In this document: piece by piece, positions 35,040-47,844 of the stretch | Numbering within the stretch: the stretch's first letter is position 1 | Layout of the letters: each line of letters opens with the position of its first letter | NCBI RefSeq assembly: GCF_006345805.1 | Contig: NW_021834387.1 | Coordinates: 1-48,978 of the forward strand | Length of the DNA stretch: 48,978 nucleotides | Direction of reading: 5' to 3' | DNA from: Octopus sinensis | Taxonomy: Eukaryota | Made by a program: the position numbers and the translations under genes | The notes under the pieces: model-generated | Seen by the model: only the letters and a program-made list of their open reading frames with translations | What the model was told of the DNA's origin: nothing | The model's database searches: none

Positions 35040-35195
35040 TAGGTGCAAGAATGACTGTGTGATTGAGAAATTTGCTTCCCAACCACATGGTTCCACGTTC
35101 AGTCCCTCTGCATAACATCTTGGGCGAGTGCTTTGTACTATAGCTCTAGGCCAAGCACAGACTTGCTACTGGATGTAGCAGACGGAAACTGCAGC
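35040..35195 (+). mobile_element. SINE family A left part, diverged
   Basis: ccaaccacatggttccacgttcagtccc..catcttgggcgagtg..gacggaaactg. Confidence 0.8.
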
Positions 35196-35719
35196 GTTTT
35201 TCATCAGAAAATTACCAAAAAACATGTTTATAAAGAAGAGTTGTTTGTTTCATACACCTCGTGTGCTGATTCTGCCCATAAGAAAGGAACAAATAATACA
35301 ATGTGACTGCAGGTAATAACACCCGGGTAATGCCGGAGTGCATTGCTTGTATATGTGTATGTGTGTGAGTGTGTGTGTGTGTTTCTATGTATATATGTGT
35401 CTGCGTACATATATATGTGTGTCTGTGTGTATATACATATATATATGTATACACACAGACACGGAGATACATACAAATATATTTATGTACATGAACATAC
35501 ATTCATTCACTAGCATACATAGATGTACATACATACACAAACATACATAAATACATAAACACGCACAAACATACATGCATACAAACATACATACACACAT
35601 ACACACATGCATGCATGAATGCATACATACATACATACATACATACATACATACATACATACATACATACATACATACATACATACATACAAACATACAT
35701 ACACACATACATACATATG

Positions 35720-35955
35720 TACCTATTTCTTTACCATCCACAAGGGGATAAACACAGAAAGGACAAACAAGGACAGAAAAACGGATTAAGTCGATTACAT
35801 CGACCCCAGTGTGTAACTGGTACTTATTTAATCGACCCCGAAAGGATGAAAAGCAGAGTCGACCACGGCGGAATTTGAACTCAGAACGTAGCGGCAGACG
35901 AAATACCGCTGAGAATTTCGCCCTGCGTGCTAATGTTTCTGCCAGCCCGCCGCCT
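35720..35955 (-). mobile_element. SINE family B (long tail), full length
   Basis: Complete head, core and tail ending aaagaaataggtac on the minus strand. Confidence 0.92.
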
Positions 35956-36342
35956 TTACATATGTACCAAAACGTTGGCACTAAAACCTAGAAATTCTCG
36001 ATTTCACGAAGAGAGAGCAAAAGAAACTGACACGGATTCTCCAAATCTAATCTATTAGTGGCACAGCAAAGATTTGTAAGACATTTTAAAATTCTCCATC
36101 TGAAATTTCTATGTGAACAAATGCACATACTTCCGTGTGTGCATCGACAGTTCAATTAACATAGCGACTGAAAATCACACCTTTACATACACATGGAACT
36201 CTCTTAACTCGTGTCGCTTTGTGAACGACCGGCTTGAACTTACATACACAAAAATACATAAATACATAAACACGCACAAACATACATACATAAAAACATA
36301 TATACACACATACACACATTCATGCATGAATGCATACATACA

Positions 36343-36376
<34 letters not shown>

Positions 36377-36478
36377 CATGCATACATACATAAATACATG
36401 CATACATATATACATACATACATACATACATGCATGCATACATACATACATACATACATACATACATGCATGCATGCA

Positions 36479-36512
<34 letters not shown>

Positions 36513-36709
36513 CATACATACATACATGCATACATGCATGCATGCATACATGCATACATACATACATACATTCATACATACATAAAATACAATACAATAC
36601 AATACAATCATACCATCGTGTAGGTGATGATAAAAACGAAGATCCACTTCCACAACATACACAAAAACTGGATTGTGCGCATAATAAAGCACAAAATGCA
36701 TATGGAATT

Positions 36710-36871
36710 AGGCGTAGGAGTGGCTGTGTGGTAAGAAGCTTGCTCACGAACCACATGGTTCCGGGTTCAGTCCCACTGCGTGGCACCGTGGGCAAGTGTC
36801 TTCTACTATAGCTCGAGCCGACCAAACCTTGTGAGTGGATTTGGTACACGGAAACTCAAAGAAGCCCGTCG

Positions 36872-36920
<49 letters not shown>

Positions 36921-36990
36921 TGTGTGTGTGTGTGTGGCGATGCTCCAGCATGGCCATAGTCAAATGACTGAAACAAGTAAAAGGGTAGAA
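36710..36990 (+). mobile_element. SINE family A with most of the right part deleted
   Basis: Full left part, (TA)/(TG) linker, then directly gatgctccagcatggccatagtcaaatgactgaaac. Confidence 0.88.
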
Positions 36991-37059
36991 AAGAGTAAGA
37001 GTACATATATAATATATACATATAACATACATAAAAGATATATAATCAATTCTATTGTA

Positions 37060-37262
37060 GGCACGAAGCCTAAAATTTTGCGAGGAGGGTAACTAATCGA
37101 TTACATCGACCCCAGTACTCAACTGGTGCTTATCTTATCGACCCCGAAAGGATAAAAAGAAAAGTCTACCTGACGAAATTTGAAATCAGAACATAAAGAC
37201 GGACGAAATTACCACGTAGCATTTTGTTCCGAATGCTAACGACCCTGCCCGCTCGCTACCTT
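37060..37262 (-). mobile_element. SINE family B (short tail), diverged
   Basis: Reverse-complement head, core and tail recognisable. Confidence 0.82.
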
Positions 37263-37470
37263 GATAATACATATACATAATACATATATACATATATAAT
37301 ATATACATAATACATATATAACGCAAAATCACTCTTCAGACTGCGATAGTCAATAAAATAGAAATGAAATTTTGAAACTTATATTTTTTGTACGGCCCGG
37401 TACCATATGATCCACAGCCCGATACTAGTGCGCGGCCCCTGTTATTGGGGATCCCTGCTGTAGACACTGT

Positions 37471-38040
37471 GGAGGTACATAGCCTAGTGGTTAGAGCAGC
37501 GGACTCGCGGTCGAGGGATCGCGGGTTCGAATCTCAGACCGGGCAATGTGTGTGCATGTATTTGTGCGTGGAGGCACATGGCCTAGTGGTTAGAGCAGCG
37601 GACTTGCGGTCGAGGGATCGCGGGTTCGAATCTCAGACCGGGCGATGTGTGTGTATGTATTTGTGCGTGGAGGCACATGGCCTAGTGGTTAGAGCAGCGG
37701 ACCCGCGGTCGAGGGATCGCGGGTTCGAATCTCAGACCGGGCGATGTGTGTGTATGTATTTGTGCGTGGAGGCACATGGCCTAGTGGTTAGAGCAGCGGA
37801 CTCGCGGTCGAGGGATCGCGGGTTCGAATCTCAGACCGGGTGATGTGTGTGTTTATGAGCGAAACACCTAAGCCCCACGCGGCTCCGGCAGAAGGTAATG
37901 GCGAACTTCTGCTGACTCTTTCGCCACAACTTTCTCTGACTCTTTCCTCCTGCATCTTGCAGTTCACCTGCGACGGACCGGCGTCCCGTTCAGGTAGGGA
38001 AACCGGCCCTTATGAGCCAGGCGTGGCTAGAGAAGGAACA
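37471..38040 (+). mobile_element. SINE family E with four tandem tRNA-like heads (99-bp period), tail variant 2
   Basis: Heads start at 37471, 37570, 37669 and 37768, each with A-box (TGGCCTAGTGG; TAGCCTAGTGG in copy 1) and B-box GGTTCGAATC. Only the last continues into the body. Confidence 0.93.
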
Positions 38041-38124
38041 TACAAACTGTTGACACTAAACGATTTAAACATCATCTCATTACATAATGGTTTAAGAACA
38101 TCTCACTATAAATTGTTTTCATGT

Positions 38125-38490
38125 TTTGGCACTAGGCCAGCAAAATCGGGAGACCATGCAAGTCGATTAAATCGACCCCAGTGTTCAGTTGGTACTTATT
38201 TTATCGATCTCGAAAAGGTGAAAGGCAAAGTCGACTTCGCTGGAATTTGAACTCAGAACGTAAAGACGAACGAAATGTCACTAAACATTTTGGCCGGCGT
38301 GCTAACGACATTGATTTCAAATTTTCGCACAAGGCCAGCAATTTCCGGAGACAGTGCAAGTAGATTAAATAAAATCGACCTCAGTGTTGAACTGGTACTT
38401 ATTTTACCGACCTCGAAAGGATGACTCTGGCAGAATTTGAACTCAGAACATAAAGACAGACGAAATGCCGCTAAGCATTTTGCCCGGCAT
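38125..38490 (-). mobile_element. Two head-to-tail SINE family B copies
   Basis: Tail-core-head pattern occurs twice (38125-38310, 38322-38490). Confidence 0.85.
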
Positions 38491-38994
38491 GCGAAATACA
38501 TCTCACTGAATATTGCGACTACAACATTTCGGTCTCAAATCCGTTGTGATGTAGTTAATTGTAAAACAATGCAATAAATTTTGTTTCGCTTATTAAAAGA
38601 TCTAAGCAGCGACAACAGTTCTGTATTTAAACATTTGCACTTTTCTTATAAATGAATAACTTTTTCTTTCCCTCAAGCCTTCTTCTATTTATATGTCTTA
38701 TTTGTGCACTATATTCTTCTATCACTTTTCTCTCACTCAATCACATCCTCTCTCTCTCTATTTCCTCCTTTCTCTCTCTCTCTATTCTCCCCCTCTCTCT
38801 CCCTCTCTATTTCTGTATTTCTTTTTCTTGTCTTTCTATCTCTCTCTGGCTTTATTTTGTATCTATAACGTGTGTGTGTTTACGCTTAACCAAACATTAA
38901 AGACGACAAAAATCGAAAGAGGACACGATATCACACCATTTATACGCCGTCGGCTTTTATGAAGATTTGTTTGCTAAATTATGCGCATGTGTGC

Positions 38995-39006
38995 GTGCCT
39001 GTTTGT

Positions 39007-39038
<32 letters not shown>

Positions 39039-39185
39039 GAGTGTGTGTGTGTGAGTGTGTGTGTGTGTATGTGTGTGTGTATGTGTGTGTATGTGTTTGT
39101 GTGTGTGTGTGTGAGTGTGTGTGTCTGTGAATGTGTATGATTGTACGCGTGCGTGTGTGTACATGTATATAAGATAGATTGATAG

Positions 39186-39237
<52 letters not shown>

Positions 39238-39258
39238 GTAGGTAGGTAGGTAGGTAGG

Positions 39259-39293
<35 letters not shown>

Positions 39294-39334
39294 GTAGGTA
39301 GGTAGGTAGGTAGGTAGGTATGTAGGTAGGTAGG

Positions 39335-39367
<33 letters not shown>

Positions 39368-39435
39368 GGATGGATGGATGGATGGATGGATGGATGGATG
39401 GATGGACGGATGGATGGATGGATGGGTGGATGGGT
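38995..39435. repeat. (TG)n/(GATA)n/(GGTA)n/(GGAT)n compound microsatellite
   Basis: Direct reading. Confidence 0.95.
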
Positions 39436-39569
39436 GCACATAAATCGATACAGATATTCATATGTGTGTTTGCATGTATGCATCTGTATGCACATATCGT
39501 TTGTGCGGTTTCTCTTGTGCGCTTTTGATAATGTGGAATCCAGTATAACCTATCGAATGGGGGGGGGCG

Positions 39570-40135
39570 GCAATTAAACTGGCACTCCCACTAAGCTGGC
39601 CTGGTGAGGAGGGTTGTTAGAAACCCAAAACCCAGCAGGACTAAAAACAAGACCTATCACAAGGACGGATGAACCTTGTGTAGATTCAACGACCTATCTA
39701 GCAAAAACACGGACATTCAGAAATTCTGGGCTGGTGTCCAGCTCATTGGAAGCCCACTGGAAGTGACATACCCCTCAGCTTTTGTTAAAGCATTCCTCTA
39801 GGAAAAGGTTACTCTGATACAAGACCCGTTATGCAGAGAATGGTGTTCCCACAATCCTGGCCTGCGACCCATAATGGCACTGAATATGTTGCCCTGTCTT
39901 ATCACTGGAACATGACTGTAAGGTGGAGAGAATTTGGGATGTATTGAGCAAGCCTTGTTGCATCTAAGATTGTAGGCTGCACGATCACCGGCGTGGCGAC
40001 TTTCCGATGCTTGGTCGTGAAGTAGGGCACCGCGAGTGCGAGCCCGAGAGAAGCCAATCGGGGATGCAATAATATTGCTGATGCTTCTCAAGCGCAATGG
40101 TCAGTGATGGTCTTCCTCCGTCACGAGTCGACATC
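39570..40135. mobile_element. Possible RTE-like LINE untranslated region
   Basis: GC-balanced non-coding block; minus strand ccttttcctagagga..aagctgagg recalls RTE UTR motifs from memory only. Confidence 0.3.
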
Positions 40136-40544
40136 CATCATCTATATATGTGTATGTATGTATGTATGTATGTATGTATGTATGTATGTATGTATGTATG
40201 TATGTACGTACGTATATACGTATCTATGCATTATGTATGTGTGTATATGTATGCACGCATGCATTTATGTATTTACGCACGTGCATATATATGTATGTGT
40301 GTATGTGTGTATGTATGTATGTATGTATGTATGTATGTATGTATGCATGTATGTATGTATGTATGCATGTATGCATGTATGTATGCATGTATGCATGTAT
40401 GTATGTATATGTATGTATGTATGTATGTATGTATATATGTATGTATTTTTGTATGTATGTATACGTGCAGATTTGTATGCTTTGTTTTATGTATGTCTTC
40501 TCATGCATATTCTTGTATATCTAGACGTGCTCATATATATTTAA

Positions 40545-41235
40545 ATGATAAACTTCTAGAAAGTTTTACAGATTTTTACAGTTCCAGTAATGGCTTGGAT
40601 TTGTAGGCTTCGAATCAGCTTTCTCCTTTCTGGTTTTGAGAAGCCTAATTTCTCAAGATTGGTATTTGGGCAGTGTGTTACATAACACAGTGCCCCAATA
40701 ATTACAGGTAGAAACCTGAAGTTGCAGTCTGGATAGAGTAGCTGCAGATTTCTCAGTAGTTCAGCATAGCCATTCTGTTTTTCTTCAACCTTCTGTTGAC
40801 CACTGCTGTGCAACTGATTTCCTCAACTGTACACAGTTTCTCTTCTCTCTCCCAAATCATTATATCAGGTCTGTTGTCCTTATATTTTATTGAGATTTTC
40901 ACTGGAACATCCCACTAGTACTCTTTATTATGAGTGGCTATGGCTTCTACCAAACTTATTTCTTTGTCCTCGGAGTTATTTTCCCGACCGATTTCAATTT
41001 TTACATTCTAGCTATATCATGTCGCATCGATAGATCATACCGTGATGACATATTTAGACAACTGCTTATGATGTGGGTGATATCTTCGGTTTTATCGATC
41101 GTCACATTTTACTGTTTTCCCCTCTGTGCATCAGGTATTTGGTTGATATTTCCTGTTCCTGGATCGCAAACGTATATTCTTCAAAGTGGATGATAATAAT
41201 CCGGTTGTTGGTTCATGATATACCGCTTTGATTAT
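40545..41235 (-). mobile_element. R4/Dong-like non-LTR retrotransposon 3' fragment with restriction-like endonuclease
   Basis: FAIQEQEISTKYL, EDITHIISSCLNMSSRY..RHD, NRPDIMIWEREEKLCTVEEISC (PD-D/ExK), LQLLYP....LPVIIGAL; stops and frameshifts. Confidence 0.85.
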
Positions 41236-41254
41236 CAATATTACTTTCATCCCA

Positions 41255-41470
41255 AGGCGGCGTGTTGGCAGAATCGTTAGCACGACGGGCGAAATACTTG
41301 GCTGTATTTTGTCTGTCTTAACGTTCTGAGTTCAAATTCCGCCGAGGTCGACTTTGCCTTTCATCCTTTCGGGGTCGAGAAATTAAGTACCAGCTGCTTA
41401 CTGGGATCGATCCAATCGACTGCCCCCCCCCAAAAAAAATTTCGGGCCTTGTGCCTAAAGTAGAAAAAAA
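41255..41470 (+). mobile_element. SINE family B (short tail)
   Basis: ggcggcgtgttggcagaatcgttagc through gggccttgtgcctaaagtagaaaa. Confidence 0.9.
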
Positions 41471-41774
41471 AATTACTATCATTTCGGAGCTTTCTACTAG
41501 CATATCCATGCATGGTCTTGTGTTCATATACGCTCATCCTTTCATGAGATGATATGTTGTGGTAGAGTCATGCGACTTCTTCGGGCATATATTTATGGTT
41601 ATCAGACAAGGAATGCTGCTCACGGAGCTGCCTTCCAAGTCTTATGATGTTATCAGCCTCATGTATGCAAATTTGGTCTAAGGATGCACTTCGACATTCG
41701 GTGGTTAAAAAATGTTGTCGAAGGGATATGATACGACATTCAAAGGCAGGATGGACCGATACTAAACCTCTGCT

Positions 41775-42206
41775 GCCTTGTATGTATGTATGTATGTATG
41801 TATGTGTATGTTGTATGTACGTATGTATGTATGTATGTATGTATGTATGTATTTGCATGTATTGCATGTATGAATGCATGATGCTGCATGTCTGTAGGTC
41901 TGTGTGTATAATGGTATGCCTGTATGTATGCATGCATGCATGCATGTATGTATGTATGTATGGATGGTGTATGCATGATGTATGTATGTATGTATGTATG
42001 GGGTATGTATGTATGTATGTATGTATGGCATGCATGCATGCATGCATGCATGTATGTATGTATGTATGTATGATGTATGTATGTATGTATGTATGTATAT
42101 ATGCATGCATGTATGTATGTATGTATGTATGTATGCATGCATGCATGTATTCTGTATGTATGTATGTATGTATGTTGTATGTATGTAGTTATGTATGTAT
42201 GTATGC

Positions 42207-42239
<33 letters not shown>

Positions 42240-42280
42240 TGTATGTATGTATGTATGTATGTATGTATGTGTACGTGCAC
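41775..42280. repeat. Degenerate (TATG)n/(CATG)n tract
   Basis: Direct reading. Confidence 0.95.
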
Positions 42281-43044
42281 GCACAGATATGCCTCTCGTC
42301 CTGTTATTCATAAATCTACTGAGGAAAGTAGGTGGAAAGAAGTGACTTATATTTCAGCCATGCCATTGCCAGTTGCCTAACTTCGGCTTCCTTCTACTTC
42401 CCTACTGTCCCAAAAATGATTCCTGTACTAAAGACGTGGACGTACTTTGAACTTTAGGGCTGCAATTGTTCTCGTGAGCGTGTAACAGTGTATTCCACAC
42501 TGACAGAACAACACGGATTTTTGTGACTTATACTTCCTCAGCATAAACAATACTCGTGGCTATGAGGCGAATACAGCGACCACCGATGATTGCTCATCTT
42601 GCCCTCAAAAACCTACACTACTTTCATAAGAAATTCATAGATTAGCAACGACCAGAAGATTTTGAGAAGGACCTTCACGCTAATAGACCCACACTTTCAA
42701 TCTCCCTGGGGGCTTAGGCTTGTTCAATGCTCCCAACCACTCGCGATGTCAACTCTGGTCACCTTAGTGGAGTTTGTGTTCTTTAGAAAACAGTTTGTGT
42801 TCGTTTGTTTATATTGTGCGTGCGTGCGTGTGTGTGTGTTTCACCAGATGAGATCGGAGATCTCCCAAACTTAAGTGAAACTTGTTGATAACGTTTCCCA
42901 CAGTTTAAAACCGGAAAGAAAAGAAGAAAGTTGGGGGAAATAAAAAGAAAAAGAAATCACACGATTTTGCCGATTTGAACACATTCACACAAGGAGCTAC
43001 AGGTTAATCTGACAGCCAGAGAATCTATTTGACCCTAGAACTTA

Positions 43045-43235
43045 TTTATTTACTACCCACAGGGGGCTAAACACAGAGGGGACGAACAAGGACAGGCAAA
43101 CAGATTAAGTCGATTGTATCGACCCCAGTGCGTAACTGGTACTTATTTAATCGACCCCGAAAGGATGAAAGGCAAAGTCGACCTCAAAACGTAAAGACAG
43201 ACGAAAAGCGTAAAGAACTTCGCCCGGTACGCGAC
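43045..43235 (-). mobile_element. SINE family B (long tail), B-box deleted
   Basis: Tail and core intact; gtcgacctc joined to aaaacgtaaagacagacg. Confidence 0.85.
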
Positions 43236-43596
43236 CTTTTCCATCAGCTAGCCACCTTTGACCCAAGAACTGTCGTTGTTGTCATTGTCTATGAGGTCTT
43301 ATTGGGTAGTTGCCATATTCCTGTCTCCTTGGCTTCAGCGCTATATTCATTGCCAACGTAAAGAGATTCACAAGGAACTCGTGGGGTTATCCCCACTTTA
43401 AATTCGTGTCGGACACATACCTGCTGGACTTGTTGTAAAAGCCCAGAATATGGTTTTTTTTTTTAGCTTCTGGACAGAATGGTATTTTCCAGAACTGCTT
43501 CGATCAGCTCGCATGGTAATGTCCAAGAATAGAATCAGATCCGCTCTGTTCTTGCTCGTTTTCGACGCGCGAGCAGTCCTCTGTGTGTGTGTGTGT

Positions 43597-43629
<33 letters not shown>

Positions 43630-43729
43630 TGTGTATGTGTGTGTGTGTGTTTGCCTGTACACAGACACATATATACGCACACACACACAAACACACACAC
43701 TCACACACATGCACACACACTCACTCTCT

Positions 43730-43787
<58 letters not shown>

Positions 43788-44066
43788 CAGGGGTTAGACA
43801 AAATTATGGAAACACCTATCATCATAACATCATAATTTTGAAATATCTATAAAACCGTCAAAAGCTTGTTTATTTTTATGTTTTTTGGATTTATTATTAG
43901 TGTTGCTTAATGTGTTTTGCTAAAATCGCTGTTTCTTTCCAGATATCATAAGAAAAAAGTAATTAAAATTCATTAAAATGACAGATCTATCGGACTTTCA
44001 AAGAAGTCAAATTGTTGGTATTCGCATGGAAAGCGCAAGCGTAACGAAAACAGCCGAAATATATGG
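43788..44066 (+). mobile_element. Tc1 transposon 5' fragment
   Basis: TA + TIR caggggttagacaaaattatggaaacacc; ORF MTDLSDFQRSQIVGIRMESASVTKTAEIYGV (Tc1 HTH start), cut by a family A SINE. Confidence 0.85.
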
Positions 44067-44341
44067 CGTGGCTGTGTGTAAGTATCTTGCTTACCAAACA
44101 CATGGTTTCGGGCTTGTGTGTCTGTGTTTGTTTCCTCACCACTCACACACGCACACACACACACTAGCGCTTGACAACCGATATTGGTGTGTTTATGTCC
44201 CTGTAACTTAGCAGTTCGGCAAAAGAGACCGAAAGAATAAGTACTGGGCTTACAAAAGAATAAGTCCTGGGGGTCTATTTGTTCGACTAAAGGCGGTGCT
44301 CCAGCATGGCCGCAGTCAAATGACTGAAACAAATAAAAGTG

Positions 44342-44345
<4 letters not shown>
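44066..44345 (+). mobile_element. SINE family A with internal deletion
   Basis: ggcgtggctgtgtgtaagtatcttgcttacc head joined to the right part, ending gactgaaacaaataaaag. Confidence 0.85.
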
Positions 44346-44395
<50 letters not shown>

Positions 44396-44429
44396 CTCAG
44401 CAAATTTATACAATGGCTATACAGTAATT

Positions 44430-44662
44430 CTCTTTTTCTTTCACTTGTTTCAGTCATTTGACTGTGGCCATGCTAGAGCACCGTCTTAAAGGGTTTATTA
44501 GTCGAAGGAACTGAGCCCTGGACATATTCTTATAAAGCCTATTACTTACAGTATCGGTCTCTTTTGCCAAACCGCTAATGTACGGGAGCGTAAACACACC
44601 AGCATCGCTTGTGAGATGATGGTGGGTGGGGGACAAACATAGACTCACAGACACTCATATAA

Positions 44663-44694
<32 letters not shown>

Positions 44695-44852
44695 GATGGG
44701 TTTCTTTCACTTTCCGTCTACCAAATGCACTTACAAGGCTTTAGTCTGCCTGAGGGTATCGTGTAAGACGCTCGTACAAATTGACACGCAGTGGGACTGA
44801 ACTGGAACCATGTGGTTAGGAAGCAAGCTTCTTGCTACACAGCCACGCCTGC
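44430..44852 (-). mobile_element. SINE family A, full length, tail-to-tail with the previous copy
   Basis: Reverse complement from gcgcaggcgtggctgtgtagc to gactgaaacaagtgaaag. Confidence 0.88.
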
Positions 44853-45788
44853 GCTGTACAATATAACACAATATAAGCAAATCGTCGACCTCACAGCTAA
44901 TTTCTACCCAGTCTCTCTCATCTCTCTCTCTCATCCTCCTTACATACAAAGTGCACATTGAATAATGTAGCCAGTCACGCAACCGGAATAGCTTTTGCTG
45001 CTTACGAAGGCTGACAATCACATATGTAGCGCTAAGCATTATTCACCAGAGGTAGCGATTCGGTTCGGTGGAGTTATTTCCCTTGGACCAGGTAACGCTA
45101 TATATTTGCCAGGCGAATTTCAAAATCGTCTTCTAAAGCATTCTATACCTGGAATATAAATTGAAATTGTATATCACGAGCAAATATGAGCGAGAAAGAT
45201 GACCGCAGCAGAATTTCAACAAAAGATGTTAGAAATTGTAACTGAATAGCATTTAGCATTTTCTCTTAACGATTCTGACAACTAACAACTTGGACGAACA
45301 CACAAACACATACACACACATACACAAGTATAGTTGGAGGTGGTGGCTACCATTCACAATTTTATAACGATAACGTCATCCGTTAAAGGTATTTACAGGT
45401 AGTTGGATGAGTCAGTTCCTGGTCCATTACATGTCGGACGACAAGTTTTACGGAGTAGTGCCTAAACCTCTATGAATATTCACCGCATCAAATTCACCAG
45501 TTTCGGATGGACAAACCTGCAAATGGAACGGGCACCGCCTCTCTGTGTTATACAACAATAACATCAACAGAACGCTCGTCCCTTTCTTTTATACTATTAT
45601 TATACGACTATTACCATTCAGACTATTGCTACTGCAACTACCCTCAATCATTACCATTGACTTTCACCGTTAGTACCATCCTCTGCTACCTGTTGCTGAA
45701 TCATAAGGAACTCAAATCACAATCATAATTAGTCATGCGAATCGATAATCCGAAGTGATAATATATATTATATATATAATATATATAA

Positions 45789-45859
<71 letters not shown>

Positions 45860-45984
45860 CATACATGCATACTTATATATATATATACATGCATACATAC
45901 ATTATATATACATATATATATAGATGTGTGTGTGTGTGTGTATGTGTGTGTGTGTGTGTGTGTATAAAAAATATATATAAAAAT

Positions 45985-46235
45985 ACAAAATGGGACAAGA
46001 ACACAAAGCATTCAAATAGACGACACAAAAAAACGGACGGGTCATTCGAAGCCTCTAATCTTCAGTCCAGAACCGGATCATCCTCGCAATTTCGGCTGAT
46101 TAATCTTGAGATCGCTCCGATCCGGCCAGCCCCAAGGAAAATCTAAGCTACGAGCATTAGATTTCTTGGAAAAAGGATCGAATGTATACGAAACAAGGAC
46201 AGAAAAACAGACGATGCCACACGAATATAAATACA
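45985..46235 (-). mobile_element. Unclassified dispersed repeat, family F (second copy)
   Basis: Reverse-complement homology to 33110-33330; flanked by (TG)n and (TA)n. Confidence 0.75.
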
Positions 46236-46667
46236 AAAAACAATAATATATATACATATATGTATACATATCTGCGATGGACTGGCGTCCCGTCCAGCTG
46301 TGGGAAACACATACGTCACAGAAACCGGGAAACCGGGCCCAGGTGCCTGGCTAGGCTTGAAAAGGTCGGCGTTTATCGTTTATCGTATAGATATATATAC
46401 ATACACACTCACACATGTATGCATTAATGTATCTATACACAAATATGCATAGTAAATGTGAATCCTAACAAAGGAATTAATGTGATACCTGTACCTCCAT
46501 TCTTTTGGGACATACATACATACATACATACATACATGCATGCATACATACATATATGCATGCATGCATACATACATACATATATACATGCATACATACA
46601 TACATACTTACATGCATACATTACATACATACATACACGTAGGATGGATTTTTCTTCCAAATATATG

Positions 46668-46722
<55 letters not shown>

Positions 46723-46800
46723 GCATTGTATATATACATAGATGTAGGGACGTACATATATGTATGTATGTATGCATACATTTTATTTATAAAATTGTTA

Positions 46801-46852
<52 letters not shown>

Positions 46853-47091
46853 AAATGATACCCGTATATGTGTATGAGAATGAATTATTGTGTTGAGTAT
46901 CTCCGTTATGTTTATACCGACCGATATTGAAATCGAGTAATGGACTGGAATTAATACAGGGGCAACATATGATCGATTAAAGCCTTTGTAAGTGCGTGCG
47001 TGTGTGCGTGCGTTTGATCTCTATATATACATACATAATATATATATAATATATATATAGAGAGAGAGAGATAGATAGATATATATATATA

Positions 47092-47361
47092 CTTTATAAT
47101 TAGGGTTCAGCAAAGATTTGCTTTACCACATACCGAAGTTTAGAAATAGCAGCCAAAAAACCTTAGCTATTTCTTCTACTTTAAAGGGACTACCAGAAAA
47201 ATCAAAGTACTTGAAAACATCTACACAGGCAGAGAGTACTTCAAGAACTTTTTTTGGTGGGAGTCCCTTTTAAAGTAGAAGAAATAGCTAAGGTTTTTTG
47301 GCTGCTATTCTAAACTTCGGTTATGTGGTAAAGCAAATCTTGCTGAACCCTAATTATAAAG
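47092..47361. mobile_element. Palindromic foldback MITE (about 110-bp arms)
   Basis: ctttataattagggttcagcaa.. and its reverse complement ending ..gaaccctaattataaag; TA on both sides. Confidence 0.9.
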
Positions 47362-47460
47362 TATTACTAAGTTACCGTGTGAAATGGTCCTTTTCATGCC
47401 GAATTCTACTTGGTGAAAATTGATTACTTTATAATTAATCAAGTTACCCTTCTCTTCTTT

Positions 47461-47496
<36 letters not shown>

Positions 47497-47844
47497 TATA
47501 TATATATATATATATTATATATAGTGAGAGAGAGAAACAGAGAGAGAGAGAGAGAGAGAAGGAGAAAGAGAGAGAGAGAAAGACAGACAGACAGATCTAG
47601 AAATGTGGTTAAATAAGAATATGGGTGAAGATTGTGTCTGAGAGTGAGAAAACGACAGTTTGCAATTAGTTCTTCGGGCAGGTGTCAAATGGGCGTGGTT
47701 AAGCAACATGATTGTCAGTAGTAGAGGCGGAGTTATATCAACGATCGGCTTTGCGAGCGCGAAGAAAGCAAGAATGTGTAAAGCTGTGTAGAAGAATATT
47801 GTGTCATGTTGTATTGTGGTGAGGTGTGGTTCACTAACGCTCAT

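Noticed and set aside
37471-37845. tRNA gene cluster or CRISPR-like array
   Set aside because: No proper acceptor or anticodon stems, spacers are identical rather than unique, no cas genes, and the last unit runs into a SINE body.
46030-46070. Minus-strand CTGAAGA...GAAT in family F as a hammerhead
   Set aside because: GAAT instead of GAAA, no stem II, and the motif is absent from the other copy.
47680-47740. Two Sp1-like GC boxes (gggcgtggtt, gaggcggagt) as a promoter
   Set aside because: Short motifs only, with no other evidence for a TSS.
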